A stretch of DNA of 64,000 nt from Treponemataceae bacterium (GTDB lineage: Bacteria > Spirochaetota > Spirochaetia > Treponematales > Rectinemataceae): assembly GCA_963677895.2 (NCBI GenBank), contig CAXXGJ010000002.1, positions 341,083-405,082 of the forward strand, read 5' to 3'. This document shows positions 49,130 through 63,550 of this stretch, in pieces (position 1 is the stretch's first letter; the number at the start of each line of letters is the position of its first letter). The notes below the pieces were generated by a model. The model did no database searches. It saw only the letters and a list, made by a program, of their open reading frames with translations, and was not told the origin of the DNA. Position numbers and translations under genes: made by a program.

Positions 49130-49219
49130 TTACCTACGAACGGAGTAGAGTCGCGGTGTGCGCGGCTCGAACCCGAAAGTGAGAAGTGTTGGAAGGTAGA
49201 CAGGATAAGAGCGTTTCAT
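49130..49219 (-). CDS. Putative 29-aa leader peptide of the arg operon (MKRSYPVYLPTLLTFGFEPRTPRLYSVRR)
   Basis: GGGAGGAG RBS, ATG at 49219, five Arg codons ending CGT AGG TAA; lies between a TTGACA promoter motif and argC. Confidence 0.55.
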   Translation of the reverse strand: MKRSYPVYLPTLLTFGFEPRTPRLYSVRR

Positions 49220-49246
49220 ATGCTCCTCCCAGAATGGAATAGAAGT

Positions 49247-49319
49247 AATAAAATATAAATGAGAAAGTATGTCAACTGGGTAGTGAATAATTATACGTAT
49301 TATGCAATGATTATGCGGC
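49247..49319 (-). promoter_or_regulatory. arg operon promoter with tandem ARG-box-like sites
   Basis: Minus-strand TTGACA (49275-49270) followed by an AT-rich -10 zone; AGTGAATAATTATACGTA (49282-49299) and a weaker copy 20 bp further on. Confidence 0.5.
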
Positions 49320-49386
49320 AATTTCTGGAAATATTTCCCGGAAAGCTCCGACGGCGATCTTTTCGGCACGCAATCTGGAGGTAAAC

Positions 49387-50173
49387 ATGTCCGACGACAA
49401 GCATCTATACCTTATCCTGCATCCCAACCACTCCCTCATCGCTTCGCAGATGGACCCCGAGCATTTCATACGGCACTATGTCCAGGGTTCGACGCGCTAT
49501 TTCGAGGGAAGGCTCATTTTCGTCGAAGTCGATCCCGGTTTCAGGAACGCTTATTTCGATATCGATGGAGCCTACGCCGAGCTTGTCCCCCACGAGGACG
49601 GAAGACCCAAGGCCACGAAGTTCATCAAAAGCTACCGTGTCCTCGAACACCTGGATTTCGATGCCTTGGGCAGCCTCTATCTCTGCAATTCGATGGGGGA
49701 TTACGTCGAGCTGAAAAGCGCCGAATTCAACCCCGAAAACGATCCCGAAGAGTTCCGCATCATGCTGGAGATCAATCCCGTCAAATTCATCGTGCTGACC
49801 AAGTACGATTTTCGCGAATACGGACGTTTCATCACCGATCCCCACAATTCCAAGGGGGCGCCCAAGATGTTCTTCGCCCAGCTGGAATTCAACACGGACG
49901 AATTCATGAGGGATTATGAGGAAAACCCGCTTATCCGAGGCTTTGTTCCGGGGATTCATCCGGCCAGGCTCCATAGCGCCGTGCAGGAAGTGCGAACCAC
50001 GCCGGGAAAATTCGTGAAGGGGCTTATCCCTCGACTGTCCGATCGACAGAATCTCATACAAAGTGCTCAAGGACGGCTTCATGTTCGCCGGCGAAGGTAA
50101 ATACAGATACTATCCCCTGCTCAACCTGGATGAGGTGGAGCGCAAGTTCTACCGCTACTGGAAATCGATGTAG
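49387..50173 (+). CDS. Conserved hypothetical protein, frameshifted at the G-run 50019-50022
   Basis: GGAGG RBS; HLYLILHPNHSLIASQ..HYVQGS...; removing one G gives KGLSLDCPIDRISYKVLKDGFMFAG...YRYWKSM, ending at TAG 50173. Confidence 0.7.
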
Positions 50174-50242
50174 TATTATGGATGGGGAGGCGCGCGCGGG
50201 CTTGATGCGGCCTCCCATTCTCGCTATCGTTCTTTTTCTCAT

Positions 50243-51662
50243 ATGGCAAGAACATACCTTGATACGGGGCGCCCGATAGTCGCCCTCGCAACGCCGCCGG
50301 GGCGCTCGGCTCTGGCTGTCATCCGCGCTTCCGGAGCGAAGGCGATCGAACTTTGCGCCCGGTGCTTTTCCGCGGGTCAGGATCTCGAAACGGCGCCTGG
50401 CTACACAATGCGCCATGGTTTCCTGATCGACCCCGACAGCGGCGAGCGCGTCGACGAAGTCGTGGCCGCCGTCTTCCGGGCTCCCCGGTCCTTCACGGGC
50501 GAAGACTCCGTGGAAATTTCCTGCCACGGGTCGGCGGCGGTAACGAGCCGCGCGCTCGCCGCGCTGGAGAAGGCAGGCTTCGCTCCCGCCCTGCCCGGGG
50601 AATTCAGTTTCCGGGCCTTCATCAACGGCAAGACCGACCTCGTCAAGGCCGAGGCCATCAACGAGCTGGCGGGAGCGCAATGCGAATCCGCCAGGGAAGA
50701 TGCCCTCCTGCGCCTGAGCGGGGTCCTTTCCAAAGAATTTTCGGCGCTGCGCGACGAAATGCTGGACCTCCTGGCCGTCGTCGAGGCCCACCTCGACTAC
50801 CCCGCCGAAGAGGGCGCCGACGAGGACAGCGAAGCCCCCGAAGGCTTCGAGGACCGCGAGGAAAACCCTCCCCTGGATGGCAAGGCTCTCGGCCTGCGAG
50901 CGGCGCCTCGCCGCGCTGTCGCGAAGCTATATAGGAGGAAGACTGAGACAGGAGGGCGCCCTCGTGGTGGTCGCCGGCCGGCCCAACGCCGGCAAATCCA
51001 GTCTTTTTAACCTGGTGGTGAGGGAAGAACGCGCCATCGTCAGCCCGGAACCCGGAACGACACGCGACTGGCTGGAAGCCTGGATAGAAGTGGGCGGCTA
51101 TGCCGTCCGCCTCGTGGATACGGCCGGCCTCCGCCGCGCCGAGGAAGGCATCGAGGCCGAAGGCGTCCGCCGCAGCCTCGATTTGAGCGGGAAGGCCGAC
51201 ATAATTGTCTATCTCGTGGACGGGAGAGCCGGTCTCGCGCCGGAGGACGAGGATTTCATCGCCCTCCATCCCGCCGCCCTTAAATTGTGGAATAAGCTGG
51301 ACGCTTCCGATTGCCTGCCGGTTCCTCCGGGATGGTTGGGCCTGAGCGCCCAAAAAGGCGATCACCTGGATCGGCTGGAGGCGGCCATCGAAAGCCTTCT
51401 TGCCGCTTCATCGCGGACGGGGGGAGCCTCAGGTTCCCGGGAGTCGTCGATTCGCGTCGCCAGCGCCCGGCAGAAAGGCCTCATAGACCGCTGCCTTGAG
51501 TCGATCGGCAGGGCCGAAGAGGGCGCCAAGGCCGGCGCGCCGCTCGACGGCACGGCTCTCGAGATCAGGGAAGCGGCGGATTTTCTGGGCGAAATCACGG
51601 GCGAAATCGCCGGCGAGGAAGTGTTCGACCGGATTTTCGGCTCTTTCTGTCTTGGCAAGTAA
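50243..51662 (+). CDS. mnmE: tRNA modification GTPase MnmE, split by a 1-nt frameshift near 50860-50875
   Basis: IVALATPPG, APRSFTGED.VEISCHG, PGEFSFRAFINGK in the first frame; GRPNAGKSS, GTTRD, DTAG, NKLD, FCLGK in the next frame. Confidence 0.92.
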
Positions 51663-51696
51663 TTAAATCGTGCGGCAAGGTTCGAGAGGGGAGAAT

Positions 51697-53589
51697 GTGA
51701 GCGATTTCGAAGCGATAGTGATTGGAGGCGGGCATGCCGGAATCGAGGCGGCGCTCGCGCTCGCCCGGATGGGCACGCGGACGGTTCTCGTCACGCAGAA
51801 TCCCGACACCATCGGGAAAATGTCATGCAATCCGGCCATAGGCGGCCTCGCGAAGGGGAATCTCGTCCGCGAGATCGACGCCCTGGGCGGCCAGATGGGC
51901 ATCCTCGCCGACCAGACGGCCATACAGATGCGGATGCTGAATCAGTCCCGGGGCCAGGCCGTGCAGGCGCCGCGCGCCCAGTCCGACAAGGCCCTCTATT
52001 CTGCCCTCGCCCGCAAGGCTCTGGAAAACCAACCCCGGCTCTCCATCTTCATGGACAGCGTCGTGGATATCCTCACCGATTCGACAGGGAAGAAAATCGA
52101 AGGCGTACTCACCGAACGCGGCAGAAAAATCGGCGCGAAAACCGTGGTCATGACCACGGGAACCTTCATGGAAGCCAGGCTTTTCATAGGCGAGTGGACA
52201 GGACCCGGCGGCAGGCTCGGCGAACCTGCGGCCGTAGGTTTGGGCGACGCTCTCCGCGTCAGGGGCTTCCCCGTCGGGAGGATGAAGACGGGCACGCCGG
52301 CGCGCATCAAGGCCTCCAGCGTCGATATGTCCCGGCTGGAAGCGCAGTATGGCGAAGGCAAGCCTCTCTATTTTTCATTTCTGGAAAAGGACTATGGCCG
52401 ACCGGATCTGCCCTGCCATATTGTCTGGACCAGCGCGGCGACCCACGAAATCATACGCGGCGGACTGGACCGCTCCCCGCTTTATTCGGGCGCGATCGTC
52501 GGCAAAGGGCCGCGATATTGCCCTTCCATCGAGGATAAGGTCGTGCGCTTTCCCGACCGCGAGCGCCACCAGGTATTCGTCGAGCCCGAGGGGGAATACA
52601 CCGACGAAGTCTACCTCAATGGACTATCCAGCTCCTTGCCCGAGGATGTGCAGGCGGCTTTCTACCGCAGCCTTCCCGGTTTCGAGAAGGCAGAGATCGT
52701 AAGGCCCGCCTATGCCGTCGAATATGATTACCTCGCTCCCTCGGCGCTCTACGCTTCCCTCGAATCCAGGCTGGTCGCTGGGCTTTTCATAGCCGGCCAG
52801 ACGAACGGCACCTCGGGGTACGAGGAGGCAGCCGCCCAGGGGCTCATCGCCGGCATCAACGCCCGCCGATACCTGGATGGGGCCGATGCCCTCATCCTCG
52901 GCCGCGACAAGGCCTACATCGGCGTCCTGATCGACGATATCGTCACCCTCTCGCCCAAGGAGCCTTACCGAATGTTCACAAGTAGGGCCGAGCGAAGGCT
53001 GGCCCTGCGGCAGGACTCCGCCGACTTGCGGCTGACGCCGATGGCGATGGAAATGGGGTTGGTCGATGAAGAACGACGGGAAATATTCGAAAAAAGGCGC
53101 CAAGGCATCGATGAGCTTTCGGCTCTTTTAGCCGGAAGGAAGATCGCGCCCGCCGACGCGCGCGACAATCGGGATTTTTTGCCCCATGTCGGGGAATCGC
53201 TCGCCACCGCCCTCAGGGATCCGCGCATCGGCGCGCTTGTGGACACGCAATCGGACAACAAGTCCTTTCTCGCTCCGCTCATCCCGGAGAGCGCCGCCTA
53301 CCCCGAATCCTGGGTTCAGACGGCCACCCTCGATGTGCGCTATAAGGGCTACCTGGAGAAGGAGGAACGTCTGGCGGCCAGGGTGGACCGCTCCGATCGT
53401 CTAAGAATCCCGCAGGGCTTCAGCTATCGGAAGGTGCTTGGATTGTCCAGCGAGTCGATCGAAAAATTGGAAGCCGTTCAGCCCCTCACTCTCGGTCAGG
53501 CTTCGCGGGTGCCGGGCGTCCGCAAATCCGATTCGGCGCTTCTCTATGTCGCGCTGCTGCGCGGAGCCGCGCCGGGCGATGAACGCTAG
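51697..53589 (+). CDS. mnmG: tRNA uridine 5-carboxymethylaminomethyl modification enzyme
   Basis: GGGHAGIEAA, MSCNPAIGG, KTGTPAR, GPRYCPSIEDK, AGQTNGTSGYEEAAAQG, EPYRMFTSRAE. Confidence 0.96.
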   Translation: MSDFEAIVIGGGHAGIEAALALARMGTRTVLVTQNPDTIGKMSCNPAIGGLAKGNLVREIDALGGQMGILADQTAIQMRMLNQSRGQAVQAPRAQSDKALYSALARKALENQPRLSIFMDSVVDILTDSTGKKIEGVLTERGRKIGAKTVVMTTGTFMEARLFIGEWTGPGGRLGEPAAVGLGDALRVRGFPVGRMKTGTPARIKASSVDMSRLEAQYGEGKPLYFSFLEKDYGRPDLPCHIVWTSAATHEIIRGGLDRSPLYSGAIVGKGPRYCPSIEDKVVRFPDRERHQVFVEPEGEYTDEVYLNGLSSSLPEDVQAAFYRSLPGFEKAEIVRPAYAVEYDYLAPSALYASLESRLVAGLFIAGQTNGTSGYEEAAAQGLIAGINARRYLDGADALILGRDKAYIGVLIDDIVTLSPKEPYRMFTSRAERRLALRQDSADLRLTPMAMEMGLVDEERREIFEKRRQGIDELSALLAGRKIAPADARDNRDFLPHVGESLATALRDPRIGALVDTQSDNKSFLAPLIPESAAYPESWVQTATLDVRYKGYLEKEERLAARVDRSDRLRIPQGFSYRKVLGLSSESIEKLEAVQPLTLGQASRVPGVRKSDSALLYVALLRGAAPGDER

Positions 53590-53631
53590 CCACCCGGCAC
53601 CCGATAAAGAACGCTAGCCGTCCGGCACCCG
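53581..53631 (+). repeat. 23-bp imperfect direct repeat duplicating the mnmG stop region
   Basis: gaacgctagccacccggcacccg (53581-53603) and gaacgctagccgtccggcacccg (53609-53631). Confidence 0.8.
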
Positions 53632-53663
53632 GCGCGACGCAATAAAAAGCCCCTCGAGACTAT

Positions 53664-54311
53664 CTACGGGTTGCTTTCCGGCTCTTCCATGCCGCTGAGC
53701 GCCGCCAGCTCGCCCTTGGCCCTCTCCAGCGCGTCGCTATAATTAGCCTTGAGGTTTTCGACATTCTGCTTGTAGAAGGCCGCGAATTCGGGATCGGCCA
53801 TGGGGTCGAGGCGAATATCCTGACCCATTCGCGCGGCCATCTGCCTTTCCTTCTCCTTCAGCTTCGGCGCCCATTGGCTGCGTATCGCCTGCTCCACGCG
53901 CTTCACTTCCTCCTGGTACTTGACGATGAAGGAAGCGATCTGCTGAACCATAGATATGATCTTCTTATCCGCTCCCGCGCCGGCGACGCCTCCCTTGACC
54001 GGGGCGGCGGCCGCGAGCGCGGCGAGTCCCGCGCCGATGGTGGTGAGTTTCTCGGCGTCGAAATAGGAGCCGGGCAGCTGGATCTGCGCGATCAAAACGT
54101 CGAAGATCGATCTTCTGAACGCTTCGCGGTTTCGGTTGTCTATTCCCTGGATGGCTTTCCGCAGGTCAGTATTCTCGGGATCGTCGAGGAATTTCCCCGC
54201 CGCCCTCCTGCCTTCCATCTTTATCCTATGCGCCTCTATGGCGACTTCGTCCACTTCCAGGTTTTTCGTACGCTCGAGCGCGAGCTCAAGGGCGCTCTTT
54301 ATCATTGCCAT
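53664..54311 (-). CDS. Conserved hypothetical helical protein
   Basis: MAMIKSALELALERT N-terminus and APKLKEKE..MA.RMG....DP..DPEF C-terminal motif; overlaps the upstream gene. Confidence 0.7.
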   Translation of the reverse strand: MAMIKSALELALERTKNLEVDEVAIEAHRIKMEGRRAAGKFLDDPENTDLRKAIQGIDNRNREAFRRSIFDVLIAQIQLPGSYFDAEKLTTIGAGLAALAAAAPVKGGVAGAGADKKIISMVQQIASFIVKYQEEVKRVEQAIRSQWAPKLKEKERQMAARMGQDIRLDPMADPEFAAFYKQNVENLKANYSDALERAKGELAALSGMEEPESNP

Positions 54312-55113
54312 CGGGAATCCTCCGTTCAAGCCTCGCTTCCTTCAATGTAGAAACGAAGCTGATTATCTTGTCGCCGATACTCACCACGACCAGCGCTGCC
54401 ACGATCCACTCGATGGTATTCTTGAGAGCCAGAGGAAGCTCGCCGGCTATCAGGCCGAGAACCTCGAAGCTATAGACGACCATGATGGAAGCGACCGCGA
54501 CCTTGCCCATGAAGGTCGTCTTCGGCTCGATTTTCTGCCTGATGATGATCAGTATCGTCACCAGCAGCACCTGAACGCCGAGTCTCGCCAGCACGAGTAT
54601 CAGGAACCATATTGGTATCAATCTATAATAGCGAAAAATGAGGGTAAGGACAATTAAAAGGCAGTAGTCGCTGGCCGAATCCATCATCCGTCCGGCCTTT
54701 GTCACCTCGTTCGCCTTGCGTGAAACATATCCGTCGAGGAAGTCGGTTATGAAGATGAAGACGACGAGGATGAGGAGAGGATATCGGATTCGGTAATGCT
54801 TCGCGGCGATGACCAGGTAAAGGAGGGTGGGCAGAGTGCTCACGCGGATCAGCGTTATCCTGTTGGCCAGGTTTATGGATGAGAGTTTTTCCCGCGAGGC
54901 TTCTTTGCGGAAGTCGTCCCTGAATCTGTTGAGGAGGAAATACAGGAAAATATGGAATCCTCCGCTCGTGACGAGGAATTGGCGCCAGAATTCCGTGAAA
55001 AATCCGCCGGGAAGGGCGAAAGCGCAGAAGACCGCGCACTGGGTGACGAAGTAAGCGACGATAGTTTTCGTTATGCTCTGCCGGAGGCTTTTCACTCGTG
55101 TCTGTTCGTCCAT
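54286..55113 (-). CDS. CDP-alcohol phosphatidyltransferase family protein
   Basis: NLANRITLIR, TDFLDGYVSR...T..GRMMDSASD. Confidence 0.88.
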   Translation of the reverse strand: MDEQTRVKSLRQSITKTIVAYFVTQCAVFCAFALPGGFFTEFWRQFLVTSGGFHIFLYFLLNRFRDDFRKEASREKLSSINLANRITLIRVSTLPTLLYLVIAAKHYRIRYPLLILVVFIFITDFLDGYVSRKANEVTKAGRMMDSASDYCLLIVLTLIFRYYRLIPIWFLILVLARLGVQVLLVTILIIIRQKIEPKTTFMGKVAVASIMVVYSFEVLGLIAGELPLALKNTIEWIVAALVVVSIGDKIISFVSTLKEARLERRIPDGNDKERP

Positions 55114-55229
55114 GCGCTGTTTCTCCGTTCGGTCGCCGTTTCATCGCTACTTTTTTCTATATCGTGTATGCAGGATCGTCCAATACTACAACCTTGACAT
55201 GCGGGCTGTCAAATCCGTATTCTGGCTAC

Positions 55230-55796
55230 ATGACCATGGCAGATAAAGTTACGTTGAGCCGTATCATCCTGGCTCCGCTATTCTTCATATTATATCGATA
55301 TCCCCTGTTGCCGGCCCTCCCGACGATCATCCTGCTCTGGATCCTTTTCTGGATCATAGAGATCAGCGATCTGGTGGACGGCAAGGTCGCCCGCTCCTCG
55401 AAGCAAGTCAGCGATTTCGGCAAGCTTTTCGATCCTTTCGCCGATGTCCTCGCGCGGATCACCTATTTTACCTGTTTCGCCTTCAGCGGCATAATGCCTC
55501 TATGGGTATTCCTCATCATCCTCTATAGGGAGTTCAGCATTTCCTTCCTCCGGATGATTCTGAGCTCCAAGGGTATAGCCATGGGCGCCAGACCGGGGGG
55601 CAAGCTCAAGGCCGGCCTCTACATGACTTCTGGGATGCTCGCCCTTCTCCTCGTGAGCCTGGAACGCCTTTCGATCCTGGCCGAGCTTATCCCCGCGTTG
55701 AAAGTCATCGTCCTCGCGGCCTTCATCGTCGCCGGTCTCCTGTCGATTCTTTCCTTCATCGACTATCTTGTGCAGTACAGGAAACTGACGGCGTAG
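55230..55796 (+). CDS. pgsA: CDP-diacylglycerol--glycerol-3-phosphate 3-phosphatidyltransferase
   Basis: ADKVTLSRI, SDLVDGKVAR...SDFGKLFDPFAD, ILYREF, GKLKA. Confidence 0.85.
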   Translation: MTMADKVTLSRIILAPLFFILYRYPLLPALPTIILLWILFWIIEISDLVDGKVARSSKQVSDFGKLFDPFADVLARITYFTCFAFSGIMPLWVFLIILYREFSISFLRMILSSKGIAMGARPGGKLKAGLYMTSGMLALLLVSLERLSILAELIPALKVIVLAAFIVAGLLSILSFIDYLVQYRKLTA

Positions 55797-55837
55797 AGCC
55801 ATTGAACGAATTTTCCTAAATTTTTCCGCCTTTTCTC

Positions 55838-55991
55838 TTGACGAACTTTGTCCAAACCGTTAATGTCCTCCTCGCGACGTGCAGCGATGTACGAAACGAA
55901 AAAGCAAGGATTGCTACAAAACAGCAAAATTTGCAAAAGAGCGGAAAAAGAAAAATCGCTCTTGACAAAGGGTAGCGAAGTTTGCTACCTT
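55838..55991 (+). promoter_or_regulatory. Tandem rRNA promoters (P1/P2-like)
   Basis: TTGACG-17-TAATGT (55838-55866) and TTGACA-18-TACCTT with extended -10 TG (55962-55991); A-rich UP-like tract before the second. Confidence 0.65.
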
Positions 55992-56323
55992 CATCGAGCG
56001 CTCTAAGGGAAGGCCAAGGGAAACCGAGACTGACCGAAAGAGCGGGAGGCGAAAACCGGAGGCCGCAAAGCGGCTTGAGGCGAATAGCCGAGGGATCTAC
56101 CACAGTAAATAGGGAAGGGATAGAAAGAGGTAAGGCGCAAGTATCCTTCGGGATAATTGCGATGTTGATTTTACGCAAGTGAAGTCAGCGAGTCGAAGGC
56201 GTAGGCGAGGGAACTTGCTTATGGCGGAGACGAAGTATCGAATGCCGGTTGTCGGAGCTTGTTAGCTTTGGCAACGAAGATAAATTCTTTATGATATCCT
56301 GCAGGCGCAAGCCTGTTGGAATA

Positions 56324-57864
<1,541 letters not shown>

Positions 57865-58014
57865 TGAGAAGGGTACCGACCGTGAGGCGCAAGCTTCACA
57901 CTACGGTACACGATCATATACAAGGCAGTAATACTTTGAGCGTCTCGTGACAGGACGCTCTCCCAAACCTCTTTCTATCCTATTCCTTTTTTTATACCAG
58001 TTCGTGAAACCAAC

Positions 58015-58088
58015 GGGGATATAGCTCAGTTGGCTAGAGCGGCGGCTTTGCAAGCCGTAGGTCGGGGGTTCGAGTCCCCCTATCTCCA
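58015..58088 (+). tRNA. tRNA-Ala(TGC), CCA not encoded
   Basis: Cloverleaf GGGGATA/TATCTCC with G3:U70, anticodon loop TTTGCAA, T-loop TTCGAGT. Confidence 0.96.
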
Positions 58089-58262
58089 CGAGGCGGCCCG
58101 CGTGGCCACACGTGGAACGCTCGAATGTTCTTTTACATAATGAGGGAAGGGAAGCAGGCACATTTCCTGAAGTGACTGATCTAGGAATAGGTTAGTTTAT
58201 AGCTTTGGGGAATGAGCAAATGAAAACGATATCAAGAAGCGATAAAGAGTGAAGCATAATAT

Positions 58263-61240
<2,978 letters not shown>

Positions 61241-61413
61241 TATTATCCTTCACTTTTTTAACAAAGAGAGATCTTGTCGCTTTTCTTTTGATACGAGGGC
61301 GCGCTGCATGCAATACGGCAGCCGATCGATGATGAATTCAAGATACGCACTGCTTCCCTAGGTGAAGAAAAGCTTCTTTAGCTTTCCTTCTTCCCTTTCT
61401 TTCAGGTAATTAT

Positions 61414-61525
<112 letters not shown>

Positions 61526-61533
61526 TTTTTTTT

Positions 61534-61569
61534 ATTCAAAGGGCTCTCCTTCGGGAGGGCCTTTTGAAT
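61534..61569 (+). terminator. rRNA operon terminator hairpin
   Basis: ATTCAAAGGGCTCTCC-ttcg-GGAGGGCCTTTTGAAT. Confidence 0.75.
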
Positions 61570-61659
61570 ATATGAGAGCCTTGGCCACTAGGCCTTCATT
61601 GATTGCCAGGCTTTTTTTATTCTTGTACCTCTCGTCATTCCGATGATACAATCCACGCA

Positions 61660-62672
61660 ATGATACCGCTTTATTGTTCGTTCATACGAAGAAAAGACAT
61701 GGATACGGTCCTCGGATGCCTTGTTACCGATTCGATCGGACCTGGCGAATATACGGAGAAATTTCTCAAAAACGCCAAAGAAGCCTTTGGATACGATGTT
61801 GCGGTAGCCTTGAGGAGCCCCTATTCGGCCCTCGGCATCGCCCTGAAGAAACTGGGTCTTTCCGAAGGCTCAAAGGTGGCGCTTAGCCCCCTCGCTCCTC
61901 TCTATCACCTGCAGGCGGTTGAGGAACTCGGTTTTAAGCCAATTTACATGGACCCTGACCCGCTGACATGCCTGCCCAACCTTGCGGTCGCCAAGGAACA
62001 GGGTTGCTCTGCCATAATCCTTTATGAGGCGTTTGGAATGCTTCCCGATAAGGCTGCCGTCCTGGAGACGCAGCTGCCGGTCATCGAGGATATGTCCCAG
62101 GCTTTGGGAGCGTACCGAGGCGACACGAAAGCCGGATCCATAGGCAATTTCGCGATATACGGGCTTGAGCAGGGCTCTCCGGTCACTTCCGGAGGAGGGG
62201 CTCTTCTGTTCGCGTCGGCGAGACGCGACGCTCCGGTGATAAGGAATATCGGGGAGACGTTGTCTAAGGAAATATCCCTGACCGACTATAACGCTGCCCT
62301 GGGCTTGGCCCAATTGAGGGACCTGGCCAATTCGTTTCGCAGGCGCAGGGAATTGGAAGCGAGCTTCCAGATGGAGCTTTCCCGCACGCGGCACAAGACT
62401 TTCAAGCAGGGCAATGAAGGACTTGGGGGCTGCTACGCTTTTCCCGTCGTCCTAGAATCCGGCATGAAGGATGTCGTGATCCATGCCAAGAGGAACGGAA
62501 TTGAAGCGGCCGCCGCATTCGAGCAGAGTATTGTTTCTATGGAAGATTTTCCGGAAAATGAATGTCCTGGAGCCCGATCGCTTGCAATGCGCTGCATCCT
62601 ATTCCCGCTTCACGAAAAATCAGCGCCAAAGACGCCGGCGTCATAGCGAAGGTGCTCGCGACGCTTCCCTGA
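61660..62672 (+). CDS. DegT/DnrJ/EryC1/StrS-fold protein (degenerate), 1-nt frameshift at the A-run near 62615
   Basis: PVIEDMSQALGA...AGSIG, GGGA, DYNAALGLAQL, CPGA..L..RCILFPL; adding one A gives HEKISAKDAGVIAKVLATLP, ending at TGA 62672. Confidence 0.75.
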
Positions 62673-62681
62673 GGAGGAATC

Positions 62682-63550
62682 ATGGCCATTCTCGGCGGCA
62701 TGAAAGGCGGTAAAGCCTTGATTGTCGCGAATCTTCTGAAAGACGATTCGGCCGGCGAATCCGTGAAAGTGTCCAAAGCGCTGGAGAGCAGGGGCTGGAC
62801 AACAACGAGTTTTGCCTTTGCGGGCGATCCATCCGGCGCTCCGAGCTTTACCGGCTATGATCTTATACTCTGCCTCGGAGGAGACGGTACTCTCCTATAT
62901 GTCGCCCGTCTCGCCGCCCCCTTGGGCATCCCCGTGCTTCCCGTGAATCTTGGCACATTGGGCTTCATAGCGGCCAATCGCAAGGATTCCTGGCTGGCTA
63001 CCTTCGAGGAATGGGCAGCGGGAATCTTAAGCCATCATCTCGCGTGATGCTGGATGTATCAGTCATAAGGGCAGGGCAGCGTGTTGGAACCTTCTGTGCC
63101 TTAAACGATGGAGCCTTGTCATCTCAGGGCATAGCCAAGATGATACGACTTTGCCTTAACGTGAACGAAGAAAGATTCGGATTCTATAGGGCCGACGGAC
63201 TTATCGTGGCCACGCCCACGGGATCCACCGCCTACAACCTCGCCGCTGGAGGACCCGCGCTTCACCCTGAAATGCTCGCCATGGTGATCAATCCCATTTG
63301 TCCTTTTACGCTCGCTTCCCGACCGCTCGTCCTGCCATCAACCGCCAGGGTCGATGTCATCGTGGATGAAACGAGAAGATCGGGAGCTATGCTGACGGTC
63401 GATGGTCAGGAGACTTTCGCGCTTGAAATAGGCGACATTGTCCAGTTCCGCAGGGCGCTGCGCGATGCTGTCCTCATCGTTCCCCAAGAGAGCATTTTTT
63501 TCAGCGCCTTGCGCACGAAGCTGGGATGGTCGGGAGACGCCAATGCTTGA
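62682..63550 (+). CDS. nadK: NAD+ kinase, split by a 1-nt frameshift near 63020-63030
   Basis: LGGDGTLL and VNLGTLGF in the first frame; ALND, ADGLIVATPTGSTAYNLAAGGP, PICPF, VDGQ, LRTKLGW in the second. Confidence 0.92.

Noticed and set aside
50860..50880. Programmed ribosomal frameshifting in mnmE, nadK or rhaP
   Set aside because: No X XXY YYZ slippery heptamer or clear stimulatory structure, and several independent single-base indels point to sequencing error
53581..53631. Direct repeat at the mnmG end as an att site or target-site duplication
   Set aside because: The copies are only 5 bp apart with no integrase or transposase nearby; a local duplication is sufficient
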